The notes below the pieces were generated by a model. That model was not told the origin of the DNA, made no database searches, and saw nothing but the letters and a program-made list of their open reading frames with translations. A stretch of DNA of 24,926 nucleotides, from the NCBI GenBank assembly GCA_050298055.1, contig JBNKTL010000018.1, positions 4,129 through 29,054 on the forward strand, written 5' to 3'. The position numbers and the translations under genes are program-made. The DNA comes from Spirochaetota bacterium (GTDB lineage Bacteria > Spirochaetota > UBA4802 > UBA5550). Below, piece after piece: positions 9,255-17,597 of the stretch (its first letter is position 1; the number at the start of each line of letters is the position of its first letter).

Positions 9255-10367
9255 ATGTTCAGCGAAATCTATAATAACTATTCATGGGAACGGGTCAGCG
9301 AACTTATTTACGGTTCAACAGAAGATGATGTCCGGGAAGTCCTGGCCGGCGGGCGGTTTGACGCGGACTCCATCTATCCCCTTTTCTCACCGGCAGCAGA
9401 TTCCTTTCTGGAAGAGATGGCATCTCTCTCATTCAGGATAACCCGGCGGCGTTTCGGAAATGCCATACAGCTCTATGTCCCCCTCTATATATCAAACGAG
9501 TGCGGTAACATGTGCCTCTACTGCGGCTTCAACGCATCCAATAAAATTATAAGGCGGACCCTGACACCGGCCGAGGTTGTAAAGGAGGCCGATCTCCTCT
9601 ACCAATCAGGCTTCAGACATATACTTCTCCTTACAGGGGAAAAGAAATCCGCAGTCTCCCCGGATATGCTGGAAGAGATTGCCGCCCTGGTCCATAAAAA
9701 GTTTTCATCCGTCTCAATAGAAGTTTACCCCATGGAAGAAGAGGAATACAGGCGCATGGTCCTTTCGGGAGTGGACGGGTTGACCCTCTACCAGGAGACG
9801 TATAACAGGGATGTATACGGTTCCGTCCACCTTTCCGGTGAGAAAAAAGACTTTTATAAAAGGCTCAACAGTCCTGACAGGGGCGGAAGAGCGGGATTTC
9901 GGAGGATAGGGATAGGCTCACTCCTAGGACTGGCCGACTGGAGAGTAGAAGGATACTTCACTGCCCTCCACGCCCTCTACCTCACGGGAAAATACTGGAA
10001 ATCACAGGCGATGATATCCTTTCCCCGGATAAGACATGCTTCGGGAGAATACAAGCCCCCGGTAAAAGTCACTGACAGGGACCTTACCCACCTTATTGCT
10101 CTCATGAGAATTATCCTCAACGACGCGGGGCTTGTTCTCTCAACCCGGGAACCGGCCCCCCTGAGGGACAATCTCTTTCCCCTTGGTATAACAACCATGA
10201 GCGCCGGGTCTAATACCAGTCCGGGAGGATATACCGGTGAATCCCCCGCCGAAGGACAGTTTGATATCGAGGACATAAGGAGCCCCCTTGAAATAGCCGC
10301 AATCATAAAAGAGAAGGGATATGACCCCGTCTGGAAAGACTGGGACAGGGACTTTACCAGCGGTTAG
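9255..10367 (+). CDS. thiH: 2-iminoacetate synthase (radical SAM tyrosine lyase)
   Basis: LYVPLYISNECGNMCLYCGF (CxxxCxxC), YQETY, LSTRE, SAGSNTSPGGY, QFDIED and PVWKDWD; 370 aa with no HydG C-terminal cluster motif. Confidence 0.93.
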   Translation: MFSEIYNNYSWERVSELIYGSTEDDVREVLAGGRFDADSIYPLFSPAADSFLEEMASLSFRITRRRFGNAIQLYVPLYISNECGNMCLYCGFNASNKIIRRTLTPAEVVKEADLLYQSGFRHILLLTGEKKSAVSPDMLEEIAALVHKKFSSVSIEVYPMEEEEYRRMVLSGVDGLTLYQETYNRDVYGSVHLSGEKKDFYKRLNSPDRGGRAGFRRIGIGSLLGLADWRVEGYFTALHALYLTGKYWKSQAMISFPRIRHASGEYKPPVKVTDRDLTHLIALMRIILNDAGLVLSTREPAPLRDNLFPLGITTMSAGSNTSPGGYTGESPAEGQFDIEDIRSPLEIAAIIKEKGYDPVWKDWDRDFTSG

Positions 10368-11572
10368 TTCTGGTCCTGGGCTATCTTCAGATAGAGTCCG
10401 TAAAAATAGGGTTTCTGGGAGGCAAAGGCCTTTGCCTGGTCACAGATGGCCTCTTCCGCATAGTCGATGCTGTATCTCCAGGTTTCGTAATCAAAGGTCA
10501 CGGACCGGGCAAAGTAGAGGGGTTTCATGGCCTCCACAATATCGGCCCTCATTCTTTTGGATCCCATATCGAAGCTGAAGAGGAGCTGATAAACACACTG
10601 TGTCCACATAAGAATATTCATGTCATAGTGGTCATGTTTTATCATCCTCTCTATGCTTGTATAGAGATACTCGCTCATGAATTTTTTTAAGAGCTTCTGT
10701 CTCGATACGAATTCAAGCCGCAGCTTCTCCTTGAGCTCCCTCAGGTCCACATAGAGCGTCTGCGGCGGATCAAGGATCTTTTTGCCAAAGAGCGGTTTCG
10801 GTTTTATATGCCCGTTAGGCATCCCTATCCAGTCGGCCTTCTTTGAGAGGACCTTTTCAAAAAATGTTGTAACAACCTGGGTGAACATGGGGCCAAGCTT
10901 GGGCGCGCTGGCCTTGTGTATCTTTGCTCCAAGACCTACTTCGCATATATTGAATTTTCCTATTATCGCGTTAAGGGACATGAATATATCAATCCCATAC
11001 TGTTTCGTGGTGGGGAGCCACTTCTGTTCAAGCCAGTAGTCCATAAGGGCCGGTGAAAACGCGAATTCACCCCCTATTGGCTGCCTGATATTCTCTCCCA
11101 TGAGTCCGTAAAGGAGGGGGTAGCAGATATGGTTGGTTATGGTCCCATCGAACTGGTGCCGCGAGTAACGGGGCAGCGCATAATCATAACCCTCAAGTAT
11201 CGGTTCCAACAGGTGTTTTACCCACTTGGGAGTAACCGACTTGAGGTCCGCATCCAGAACTGCAGCCGCTTTTAAAGTTGCCGCATGTTTCTTACCGAAT
11301 TTGAAGAGGTTCAGGAAATTATTCCCCTTTCCCCGGACACCTCTGGGAGTGGTAATATATTTTTTTGGGGTTACCGTTTCCATTGAGAAGAACGCACTCT
11401 TTGTATCATCCTCGCTGTTATTATCCACATTGACAATAACCGCATTGTAGTTGCTGAAATACTTCTGAAGGCCCTCATCTATCTGCTTCGTGACAAATCC
11501 AATACTGTCCGCTTCCATATATGAAGGTATTCCGACAATTATTTCAATTCCTCTACCGTTATTAAATTTCAC
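10364..11572 (-). CDS. GT-A glycosyltransferase, glucosylglycerate/mannosylglycerate synthase-like
   Basis: VGIPSY, VDNNSEDDT, GKG, DAD, P-x-Y-x-R-x-x-x-DGTITN, RQPIGGEFA, YGIDI and KIH. GTG start; the stop overlaps the thiH stop by 4 nt. Confidence 0.8.
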   Translation of the reverse strand: MKFNNGRGIEIIVGIPSYMEADSIGFVTKQIDEGLQKYFSNYNAVIVNVDNNSEDDTKSAFFSMETVTPKKYITTPRGVRGKGNNFLNLFKFGKKHAATLKAAAVLDADLKSVTPKWVKHLLEPILEGYDYALPRYSRHQFDGTITNHICYPLLYGLMGENIRQPIGGEFAFSPALMDYWLEQKWLPTTKQYGIDIFMSLNAIIGKFNICEVGLGAKIHKASAPKLGPMFTQVVTTFFEKVLSKKADWIGMPNGHIKPKPLFGKKILDPPQTLYVDLRELKEKLRLEFVSRQKLLKKFMSEYLYTSIERMIKHDHYDMNILMWTQCVYQLLFSFDMGSKRMRADIVEAMKPLYFARSVTFDYETWRYSIDYAEEAICDQAKAFASQKPYFYGLYLKIAQDQN

Positions 11573-11747
11573 AGCTACACCCCGATATTTGACTCATCAA
11601 TTCCCGATAATTATTTATGGATGTTTTCCTTCCCCTTTCACCTGAAGAAAAGTTCCTTTTGAATTCTTCACCGTGAACTCATTAAAATTCCCGGATATTC
11701 TTATTATTTCGTATATTTTTACAAGAATAATAATATTTATTGTTTAT

Positions 11748-13331
11748 TTAAAATAAAAGACCTTTGATGTTCAGAGAAAATAAAATGATCGCCCCGCAAT
11801 AGAGTCCCAGGAAAATATAGATTGCGACCCACTTACCTGAAAAAATCAGTGGAATCTCTCCCACAAACTCTTTTTCTACCCCTTCGGGCCTTATGTATGA
11901 AAAAAGAAGCCCCACCGCGAGTGCGGTAATGAACCCGGTAAGGTTCCACCAGAGCCAGGAAATTTTTACTATACCCAGGGCCAGCATAAAATTCAGAACA
12001 ACACCGGTAATACCCCCGGAGATCACATGTCTCGATTTAACTCTCTTGAAGAAAATCCCCATGATGAATACGGAGGCAATAGGCCCGTAGAAAACCGAAC
12101 CGATCATGTTTATAGACTCGATGACCGTTGAGGATATGTTCCCGCTTACGAGGGCAAAGAGCGTGCAGAATAGGCCCCAGAAGAGAGTCACATAACGTGA
12201 GTACCTGAGAAGCTCACTTTCATCCCTGTTTTTCAGAAAATAGGGCCTCACGATATCCTCCATGCTTGAAGCGCTGAGAGAGTTAAGGGCGGAATCCATA
12301 GATGACATGCTGGCGGCAAGTATGGCAGTGATAATAATTCCGGTAATCCCTGCGGGGAGATAGTGAATAATAAATGTCGGTATCATGTAATCAATACTGC
12401 CAGAAGGCATTTTATCAACAAACCCGGGCTCCATTGCAGCAAAGGCCCCGATTATTATTCCCAGGAGACAGTAGAGAAACACTATGGGGAACCTTGCCAG
12501 GGCGTTGAAGATCAGCGATTTCTGTGATGAAAGAAGTGAATCCGCCGACATCTCCCTCTGGACCTGGCTCTGGTCAAAGCCGTAGTATGAGGTATAGAGG
12601 AAAAACCCGCCCAGGAAAAGAGGCCAGAACCCGAAATCGGAATCACCCCCCGCACCGAACTGCCTGAAGTCTACGGCAACCAGCCTCTCCGGTCCGATAT
12701 TTTCAACTATCCTGCTCCACCCCCCGGTATACTCAATACCGTAATAGATACAGACCAGAATACCGAAAACAATGATGAGCATCTGGATAACATCGGATAT
12801 GATCACAGCCTTGATCCCCCCCATGTAGTCGTAGAGCAGAGCAACAGCGCCGATGATAAGTATGATTACTGCGAGGGGGATGTTGAGGATCACCTTCAGG
12901 ACCAGGGCCACCGCGTAAATCGAAATACCGGTTGCAAGCCCCCTGCTGACCAGGAACACTATGCTCACAAAGACCCGGGTTTCCCTGTTAAACCTCATTT
13001 CAAGAAATTCGTAAATGCTGATAATGCCCGTTTTGTGAAAGAGAGGGATCACCACGGCAATAAGAAAGATCATGGCAAGGGGGACCGCAAACTCATAACC
13101 GAGCCAGATAAGCCCTCCCCCGGGTCTCATTCCCACAAATGCCGGCGCGGATATAAAGCTGATAGCGCCAAGCTGTGTGGCCATGGTGGAGAACCCCACC
13201 CCCCACCAGGGAAGGCTTTTTGATCCGAGAAAATAATCGTGAATGGAATTCTGTTTTTTATTCAGGTAAATACCAAGAGAAACAAGAAGGGAAATATAAA
13301 TAAAAATTATCATCCAGTCAATAAGTTCCAT
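11748..13331 (-). CDS. Sodium:solute symporter (SSS family)
   Basis: DYFLG, SIYEFLEMRF, GGIKAVIISDVIQ, DQSQVQR and AASMSSMDSALNS; many TM helices. Confidence 0.95.
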   Translation of the reverse strand: MELIDWMIIFIYISLLVSLGIYLNKKQNSIHDYFLGSKSLPWWGVGFSTMATQLGAISFISAPAFVGMRPGGGLIWLGYEFAVPLAMIFLIAVVIPLFHKTGIISIYEFLEMRFNRETRVFVSIVFLVSRGLATGISIYAVALVLKVILNIPLAVIILIIGAVALLYDYMGGIKAVIISDVIQMLIIVFGILVCIYYGIEYTGGWSRIVENIGPERLVAVDFRQFGAGGDSDFGFWPLFLGGFFLYTSYYGFDQSQVQREMSADSLLSSQKSLIFNALARFPIVFLYCLLGIIIGAFAAMEPGFVDKMPSGSIDYMIPTFIIHYLPAGITGIIITAILAASMSSMDSALNSLSASSMEDIVRPYFLKNRDESELLRYSRYVTLFWGLFCTLFALVSGNISSTVIESINMIGSVFYGPIASVFIMGIFFKRVKSRHVISGGITGVVLNFMLALGIVKISWLWWNLTGFITALAVGLLFSYIRPEGVEKEFVGEIPLIFSGKWVAIYIFLGLYCGAIILFSLNIKGLLF

Positions 13332-13427
13332 AATTTACCTTATTAACAGATTGCTCCCACAGTGTCAAGGAACCAATGAGAAAAAGGAAGCATCCTTCCC
13401 GAAGTTCAGGTATTTTGATAAAGGCCG

Positions 13428-13472
13428 AAAAAAAAGAAAGAAAGGGCGTCCCGAAAAGAACGCCCTTTCTTT
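13428..13472 (-). terminator. Intrinsic terminator closing the sqr-dsrE operon (possibly bidirectional)
   Basis: AAAGAAAGGGCGT(13437-13449)/ACGCCCTTTCTTT(13460-13472), followed on the minus strand by a U run. Confidence 0.85.
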
Positions 13473-13509
13473 TAAAACCAATTAAACCAAACCGTACCGG
13501 AGGTACTGT

Positions 13510-13980
13510 TTATGTAAATATTATCTCACCGCCGGCTGCCAGTTCGTAGAAATCACCAACTGTAAGGACCGCATCCATTTCCGGAACGAAGTCCTCTTCC
13601 TTCAGATGGAACATATCAACTGTGGCTTTACACGCATAGATTTTCCCGCCGGAAGCACTGATTATCTCAATAAATTCACTAACGGGGGGCATATCCATTT
13701 TGTCCAGCTCCTTCATCATCTTACTGGTTGCAAACGAAGACATTCCCGGGAGCATCCCGATCATTGTGGGGATATGCATTCCGGGATTGCCCACAGTTGC
13801 GATTTTTATCTTGTCCTGCCTTTTCTTGATAATTGCTTCAAGACCGAAAAAGGTAAAAAAGAGATTACACTCGATACCTTCCATCCTTGCCCCGTTGCCC
13901 ATTATCAAACCGGGATAAACCCCGTCAAGGGAGCCCCTTGATACAACAAGTGAAATTTTTTTTATCTTGTCATCTGACAT
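13510..13980 (-). CDS. dsrE: DsrE/DsrF/DrsH-like (DsrE2-type) sulfurtransferase
   Basis: Start moved to ATG 13980 behind AAGGAGA. Motifs GSLD, LFFTFFGL and KIYACKAT (conserved Cys); 156 aa. Confidence 0.88.
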   Translation of the reverse strand: MSDDKIKKISLVVSRGSLDGVYPGLIMGNGARMEGIECNLFFTFFGLEAIIKKRQDKIKIATVGNPGMHIPTMIGMLPGMSSFATSKMMKELDKMDMPPVSEFIEIISASGGKIYACKATVDMFHLKEEDFVPEMDAVLTVGDFYELAAGGEIIFT

Positions 13981-14043
13981 GTTTTTTCTCCTTACGTTTT
14001 CTAACAAAACAGTGAGTGTTTTTTGTTGGGGACGATAATAGTT

Positions 14044-14059
14044 CCCTGCGTATGCAGGG
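14044..14059 (-). other. Short GC hairpin between tusE and dsrE
   Basis: CCCTGC-N4-GCAGGG, 11 nt after the tusE stop, with no U tract. Confidence 0.35.
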
Positions 14060-14070
14060 CAAACACCCTG

Positions 14071-14385
14071 TTATATACATCCTACCGGTTTTGGAATGCC
14101 GGCTATCAGGGATGATTTCTTTAAAGGCCCTTCCGGAAACAATTCATAGAACTCCTTGATATTTACTATTCCCGATTTACCTATCTTCCTGATAGTAAGC
14201 GCAGTCCCCTTTTTATACTCATCCTGTATGTACCTTAATACTTCAAAATGCTTGTCGGTAAGATTGTCAATATCTACTTCTTTAGCCAGTCCCCTGGCAA
14301 TATCTTCAGTCCACTGGTCCAATTTTACCATATAACCGATATCATCAACTTCAATTGAAACACCGGCAATCTGTTTTTCTGGCAT
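14071..14385 (-). CDS. tusE: TusE/DsrC-family sulfur relay protein with a single C-terminal Cys
   Basis: VDDIGY, WTEDIA, LTDKHFEV, ELFPEGP and IAGIPKPVGCI. The second Cys of the DsrC CX10C motif is absent. RBS GGGAGG. Confidence 0.9.
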   Translation of the reverse strand: MPEKQIAGVSIEVDDIGYMVKLDQWTEDIARGLAKEVDIDNLTDKHFEVLRYIQDEYKKGTALTIRKIGKSGIVNIKEFYELFPEGPLKKSSLIAGIPKPVGCI

Positions 14386-14398
14386 CTTAGCCTCCCTT

Positions 14399-15046
14399 TT
14401 ATTGTTTTGAAATTAATTTGATATAATCAAGCGCAAAGTTCATGTTCATGAGAACTTCTTTACTTCTTAATTTTCGCATGACCTTAAACAATGAAACTTT
14501 TTCATCCATTTTAATATCCGCTTTTTCTATTGCTTCAGCAACATGTTCAATCTTCTCCACAAGCTCAGGTTTTGCCATCCGGTTCATAACTTTAAGGATC
14601 GCGAATAATGAATCCTCCATGTTTTTTAAATCTTCCGGCGTGAATTCCCGGCTGATGCGTATAGGGATTTTCATCATGTTTTGCATTGTTTCAAAAATCC
14701 TGTGCTCCTCAAGCTGGAAAAGCATGTCAGTAAAACTGTTAAACATGTCTTTTGCAAGAGGCCGCACATCGCTCCATAACTCCACAGCACTCTGCAGCTG
14801 GTTCAACATGTCACCAAAGTTCTGCATGTTTACGAGGATTTTTCTCGCCAGGTCCACCACATACTGTCCCCGGAAAACAGGATCCACCTGGTCGAAAAAG
14901 AGCACCACCTCATTAAAAGCATCCTTGGCAAACAGGGCAGCATCCTCTTTCAATGCATCAATAGTTTTAACCCTGGCTGTGAGCATCATGACCTGATCGG
15001 TCAGAAAATCGATCTTTTCGTTGAGTTCTTTTATTTCTGTATTCAT
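14399..15046 (-). CDS. All-helical DUF1641-like protein
   Basis: Amphipathic helical sequence. The C-terminus KVSLFKVMRKLRSKEVLMNMNFAL resembles the DUF1641 pattern. It lies 12 nt downstream of sqr, the usual context for this family. Confidence 0.7.
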   Translation of the reverse strand: MNTEIKELNEKIDFLTDQVMMLTARVKTIDALKEDAALFAKDAFNEVVLFFDQVDPVFRGQYVVDLARKILVNMQNFGDMLNQLQSAVELWSDVRPLAKDMFNSFTDMLFQLEEHRIFETMQNMMKIPIRISREFTPEDLKNMEDSLFAILKVMNRMAKPELVEKIEHVAEAIEKADIKMDEKVSLFKVMRKLRSKEVLMNMNFALDYIKLISKQ

Positions 15047-15058
15047 TGTGTTGTTCCT

Positions 15059-16297
15059 TTAATTGACTTTCCACTTGCCCTTCATACTCATTTGAGGTTC
15101 CAGCGGCAGTTCCGCGCCCCGCATAAGAAGGTTCCAGTAAACCCACCGGAAAGCCATCTTTCCCCAGTGGTTCATCTTTGTTTCCTGAAGGAGGGAAAAT
15201 GGACCTATTCCGGGCATAGGGAATTTACCGGGCAGCGGTTCAGTATCATAGTTAAAATCAATCAGGACACCATTCCCGAAACCCGACTCAATAAAACAGT
15301 TTGCATGTCCGTCAAAAGCGGGAAGGAGTTCCCTCTCATGGATCCTTCTGCAAACATTCTTCACAAGGACCTCCGCCTGAAAGTGAGCAACAGAACCGGC
15401 CTTTGAACTGGGAAGGTTTGACGCATCACCAATCACGAAGATGTTATCTTTAATTTCTGAAAGGAGCGTATTCTTGTTTGTGGGGACAAAGTGGAGATCA
15501 TCTCCGAAACCTGACCTTTCGATCACGGGAGCTCCCATATTCGTCGGGATGGTAACAAGCAGGTCATAATCCACTTCCTTACCGTCATGTGAAATGATCA
15601 CATTTCTCTCTGAATCTACTGATCCGAGATCAAAGTTAGGAACAATATTGATGTTCTTCTTTTGAACAATTTCACCCAGGAACTTTGATGCAATAGGCTT
15701 GGTAAACGCACCGTCAAGGGGGGTTACGTACTCAATCTCAACCTTGTTTCTTATTCCCTGTGTTGTAAAATACCAGTCTGCGAGAAAGATAAATTCCAAC
15801 GGAGCGACAGGACATTTAATCGGCATCTCGGCAACATTGAGGACCAGTTTTCCTCCATCCCATTCTCTGATAAAGGCCCTCAGGTCACTGGTACCTGTGG
15901 GTGTATAGAAATCAAAGATGTTCTTCTTCCATCCCTTGCCTGTAAGTCCTTCATTCTCTTCCGGAACAATTCTACACCCGGTGGAAATTATCAGGAAGTC
16001 ATACTTTAGTTTTCTCCCGTCACCAAGGACAAGGCAATTGTTTTCAGGATCAATAACTTCTACATTGGAAAGGATAAATTCTACTTCAGGGGGGAGATAA
16101 TCCCTCCGCGGCTTGTGGACCATGTCCTTTGTATAAATTCCAAAGGGTATGAATAAAAATCCCGGTTGATAGTAGTGGACTTCCGTATGATCTACCAGTG
16201 TGATCTGTACATCGTCATCACACTCCAGTTCCCTGACCAGATGGTTAGCCATCATTGTTCCGGCAGTTCCACCCCCGAGAATTACTAGCTTTTTCAT
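15059..16297 (-). CDS. sqr: Sulfide:quinone oxidoreductase, type III (SqrC)-like flavoprotein
   Basis: GGGTAG FAD motif, HYYQPGFLFIP, IKCPVAPLE, IGDA, SKAGSVAH and FDGHANCFIESG (two catalytic Cys); Tyr (FDFYT) where type I SQRs have the third Cys. Confidence 0.88.
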   Translation of the reverse strand: MKKLVILGGGTAGTMMANHLVRELECDDDVQITLVDHTEVHYYQPGFLFIPFGIYTKDMVHKPRRDYLPPEVEFILSNVEVIDPENNCLVLGDGRKLKYDFLIISTGCRIVPEENEGLTGKGWKKNIFDFYTPTGTSDLRAFIREWDGGKLVLNVAEMPIKCPVAPLEFIFLADWYFTTQGIRNKVEIEYVTPLDGAFTKPIASKFLGEIVQKKNINIVPNFDLGSVDSERNVIISHDGKEVDYDLLVTIPTNMGAPVIERSGFGDDLHFVPTNKNTLLSEIKDNIFVIGDASNLPSSKAGSVAHFQAEVLVKNVCRRIHERELLPAFDGHANCFIESGFGNGVLIDFNYDTEPLPGKFPMPGIGPFSLLQETKMNHWGKMAFRWVYWNLLMRGAELPLEPQMSMKGKWKVN

Positions 16298-16683
16298 TGG
16301 ACACCTCGTGATTTGTTATTTTTGAACAGATTCCGGTTCTTTCCCGGACCAGTTGTTGCTTTACGCTTACTTCCATCTCGTACCGGCACTTTGAACCGTA
16401 ATAAAAAAAAAATTCCAGTCATGATATTATTGTTTTACAGAATATAATTAAATATTTAATTTATTAAAAGTCAACAAAATTTTTATAAATTATATAAAAT
16501 ATTTCATTAACATTTAATCGATACTTTTTATATTTTATGAATATTCTTTATTATATCTTTCGATATATACTATCCCATGGTACCTGATAAGGATTTTTTA
16601 GCTCCGGAGAGAACACTTTGTTGACAATTTTAATAGAAGATTTAAAAAACTTGCTAAACAATTATATATTCTATCAATAATAT

Positions 16684-16712
16684 TTGACTTATAGGGTATA
16701 TTCTGGTATTTT
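16684..16712 (+). promoter_or_regulatory. Putative sigma70 promoter facing merR
   Basis: TTGACT(16684-16689)-17 nt-TATTTT(16707-16712) with extended TGn. The background is very AT-rich, which weakens the match. Confidence 0.4.
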
Positions 16713-16926
16713 GTTAATGATATTGATTTTTAATAATTAATTTAGCTATAAGTGTATTTGCTAAACATAATTCTTCTTATATATAGCTAAGTCGTTGCAT
16801 TAATAATAATTTTGTTGGAATATAAAAAAGTTCTTTACATCTAATATAAAAAATTTCTATTAAATTAAACAACAATTTACAGTAGCTCAAGGTAATAAAA
16901 AAACTCCATCTATTGAGATAAAAAAA

Positions 16927-17376
16927 ATGAATGACGAAAAGAATAATAAAGTAAACGGCCACACTTTTGATGAACCGATATATACACCCGGGGTTGCAGC
17001 TAAAAAGCTGGGCATATCACCCCATACACTCCGTCTTTATGAAGCTGAAGGACTCATCATTCCTCACAGAACCGAGACCGGCAGAAGACTCTACTCTGAA
17101 ATGGAGCTTGCAAAGGTCAGAGCAATACGGGATATGATACAAAACCATGGTCATAATTTCGAAGGAATAAGAAGGCTCCTGGCAATAGCCCCCTGCTGGA
17201 AGATCAGGGGCTGTGATCTGGATCAATGGAACCGGTGTACAGACAATAAGACAAAAATACGTCCCTGTTGGGCAACTCCCGAAAAATGTCACATGCAGTT
17301 ATCGTCATGCCGTCTCTGTCCCGTCTACAGAGAACTTATCACTATTGAGGACATTGATAATTTTATTAATTCCTGA
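16927..17376 (+). CDS. MerR-family (HspR-like HTH) regulator with a Cys-rich two-CW C-terminal domain
   Basis: YTPGVAAKKLGISPHTLRLYEAEGLIIPHRTETGRRLYS; tail CW-x4-C-x7-C-x9-CW-x5-C-x6-C-x2-C. Confidence 0.9.
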   Translation: MNDEKNNKVNGHTFDEPIYTPGVAAKKLGISPHTLRLYEAEGLIIPHRTETGRRLYSEMELAKVRAIRDMIQNHGHNFEGIRRLLAIAPCWKIRGCDLDQWNRCTDNKTKIRPCWATPEKCHMQLSSCRLCPVYRELITIEDIDNFINS

Positions 17377-17597
17377 TTATTATAATTAGTTTTTCATTAC
17401 CCACACATAACATCTCATTGGAATCATTTCTGACAAAGATATCAGCCGGACAATACTTAAATTATGCTTGATATAACCTTGTTATTCCTGATCAATAATG
17501 CTTATTAGAGAATCCGTTCATCTGCGGCTAAAATTTTTTACCTTTAAAACACCGGTATCTGCAGGAGAAAATAATTTAAGGAAATAATAGTGTAAAA

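Noticed and set aside
9255..10367. HydG hydrogenase maturase
   Set aside because: Too short, no C-terminal CxxC-x22-C, and it has a ThiH-type C-terminus.
14071..14385. DsrC as a marker of dissimilatory sulfite reduction or reverse Dsr
   Set aside because: It lacks the second Cys of CX10C, and no dsrAB/dsrMK is in the window.
16741..16765. CIRCE or HAIR heat-shock operator near the HspR-like MerR
   Set aside because: TTAGC/GCTAA spacing is 13, not the 17 of CIRCE, and the inner ACTC/GAGT is absent. I found no CTTGAGT-N7-ACTCAAG.
17374..17390. Selenocysteine read-through at the TGA stops of merR and rubredoxin (22137)
   Set aside because: Both proteins are complete, the TGA is not at a Cys-equivalent position, and in-frame stops follow shortly.
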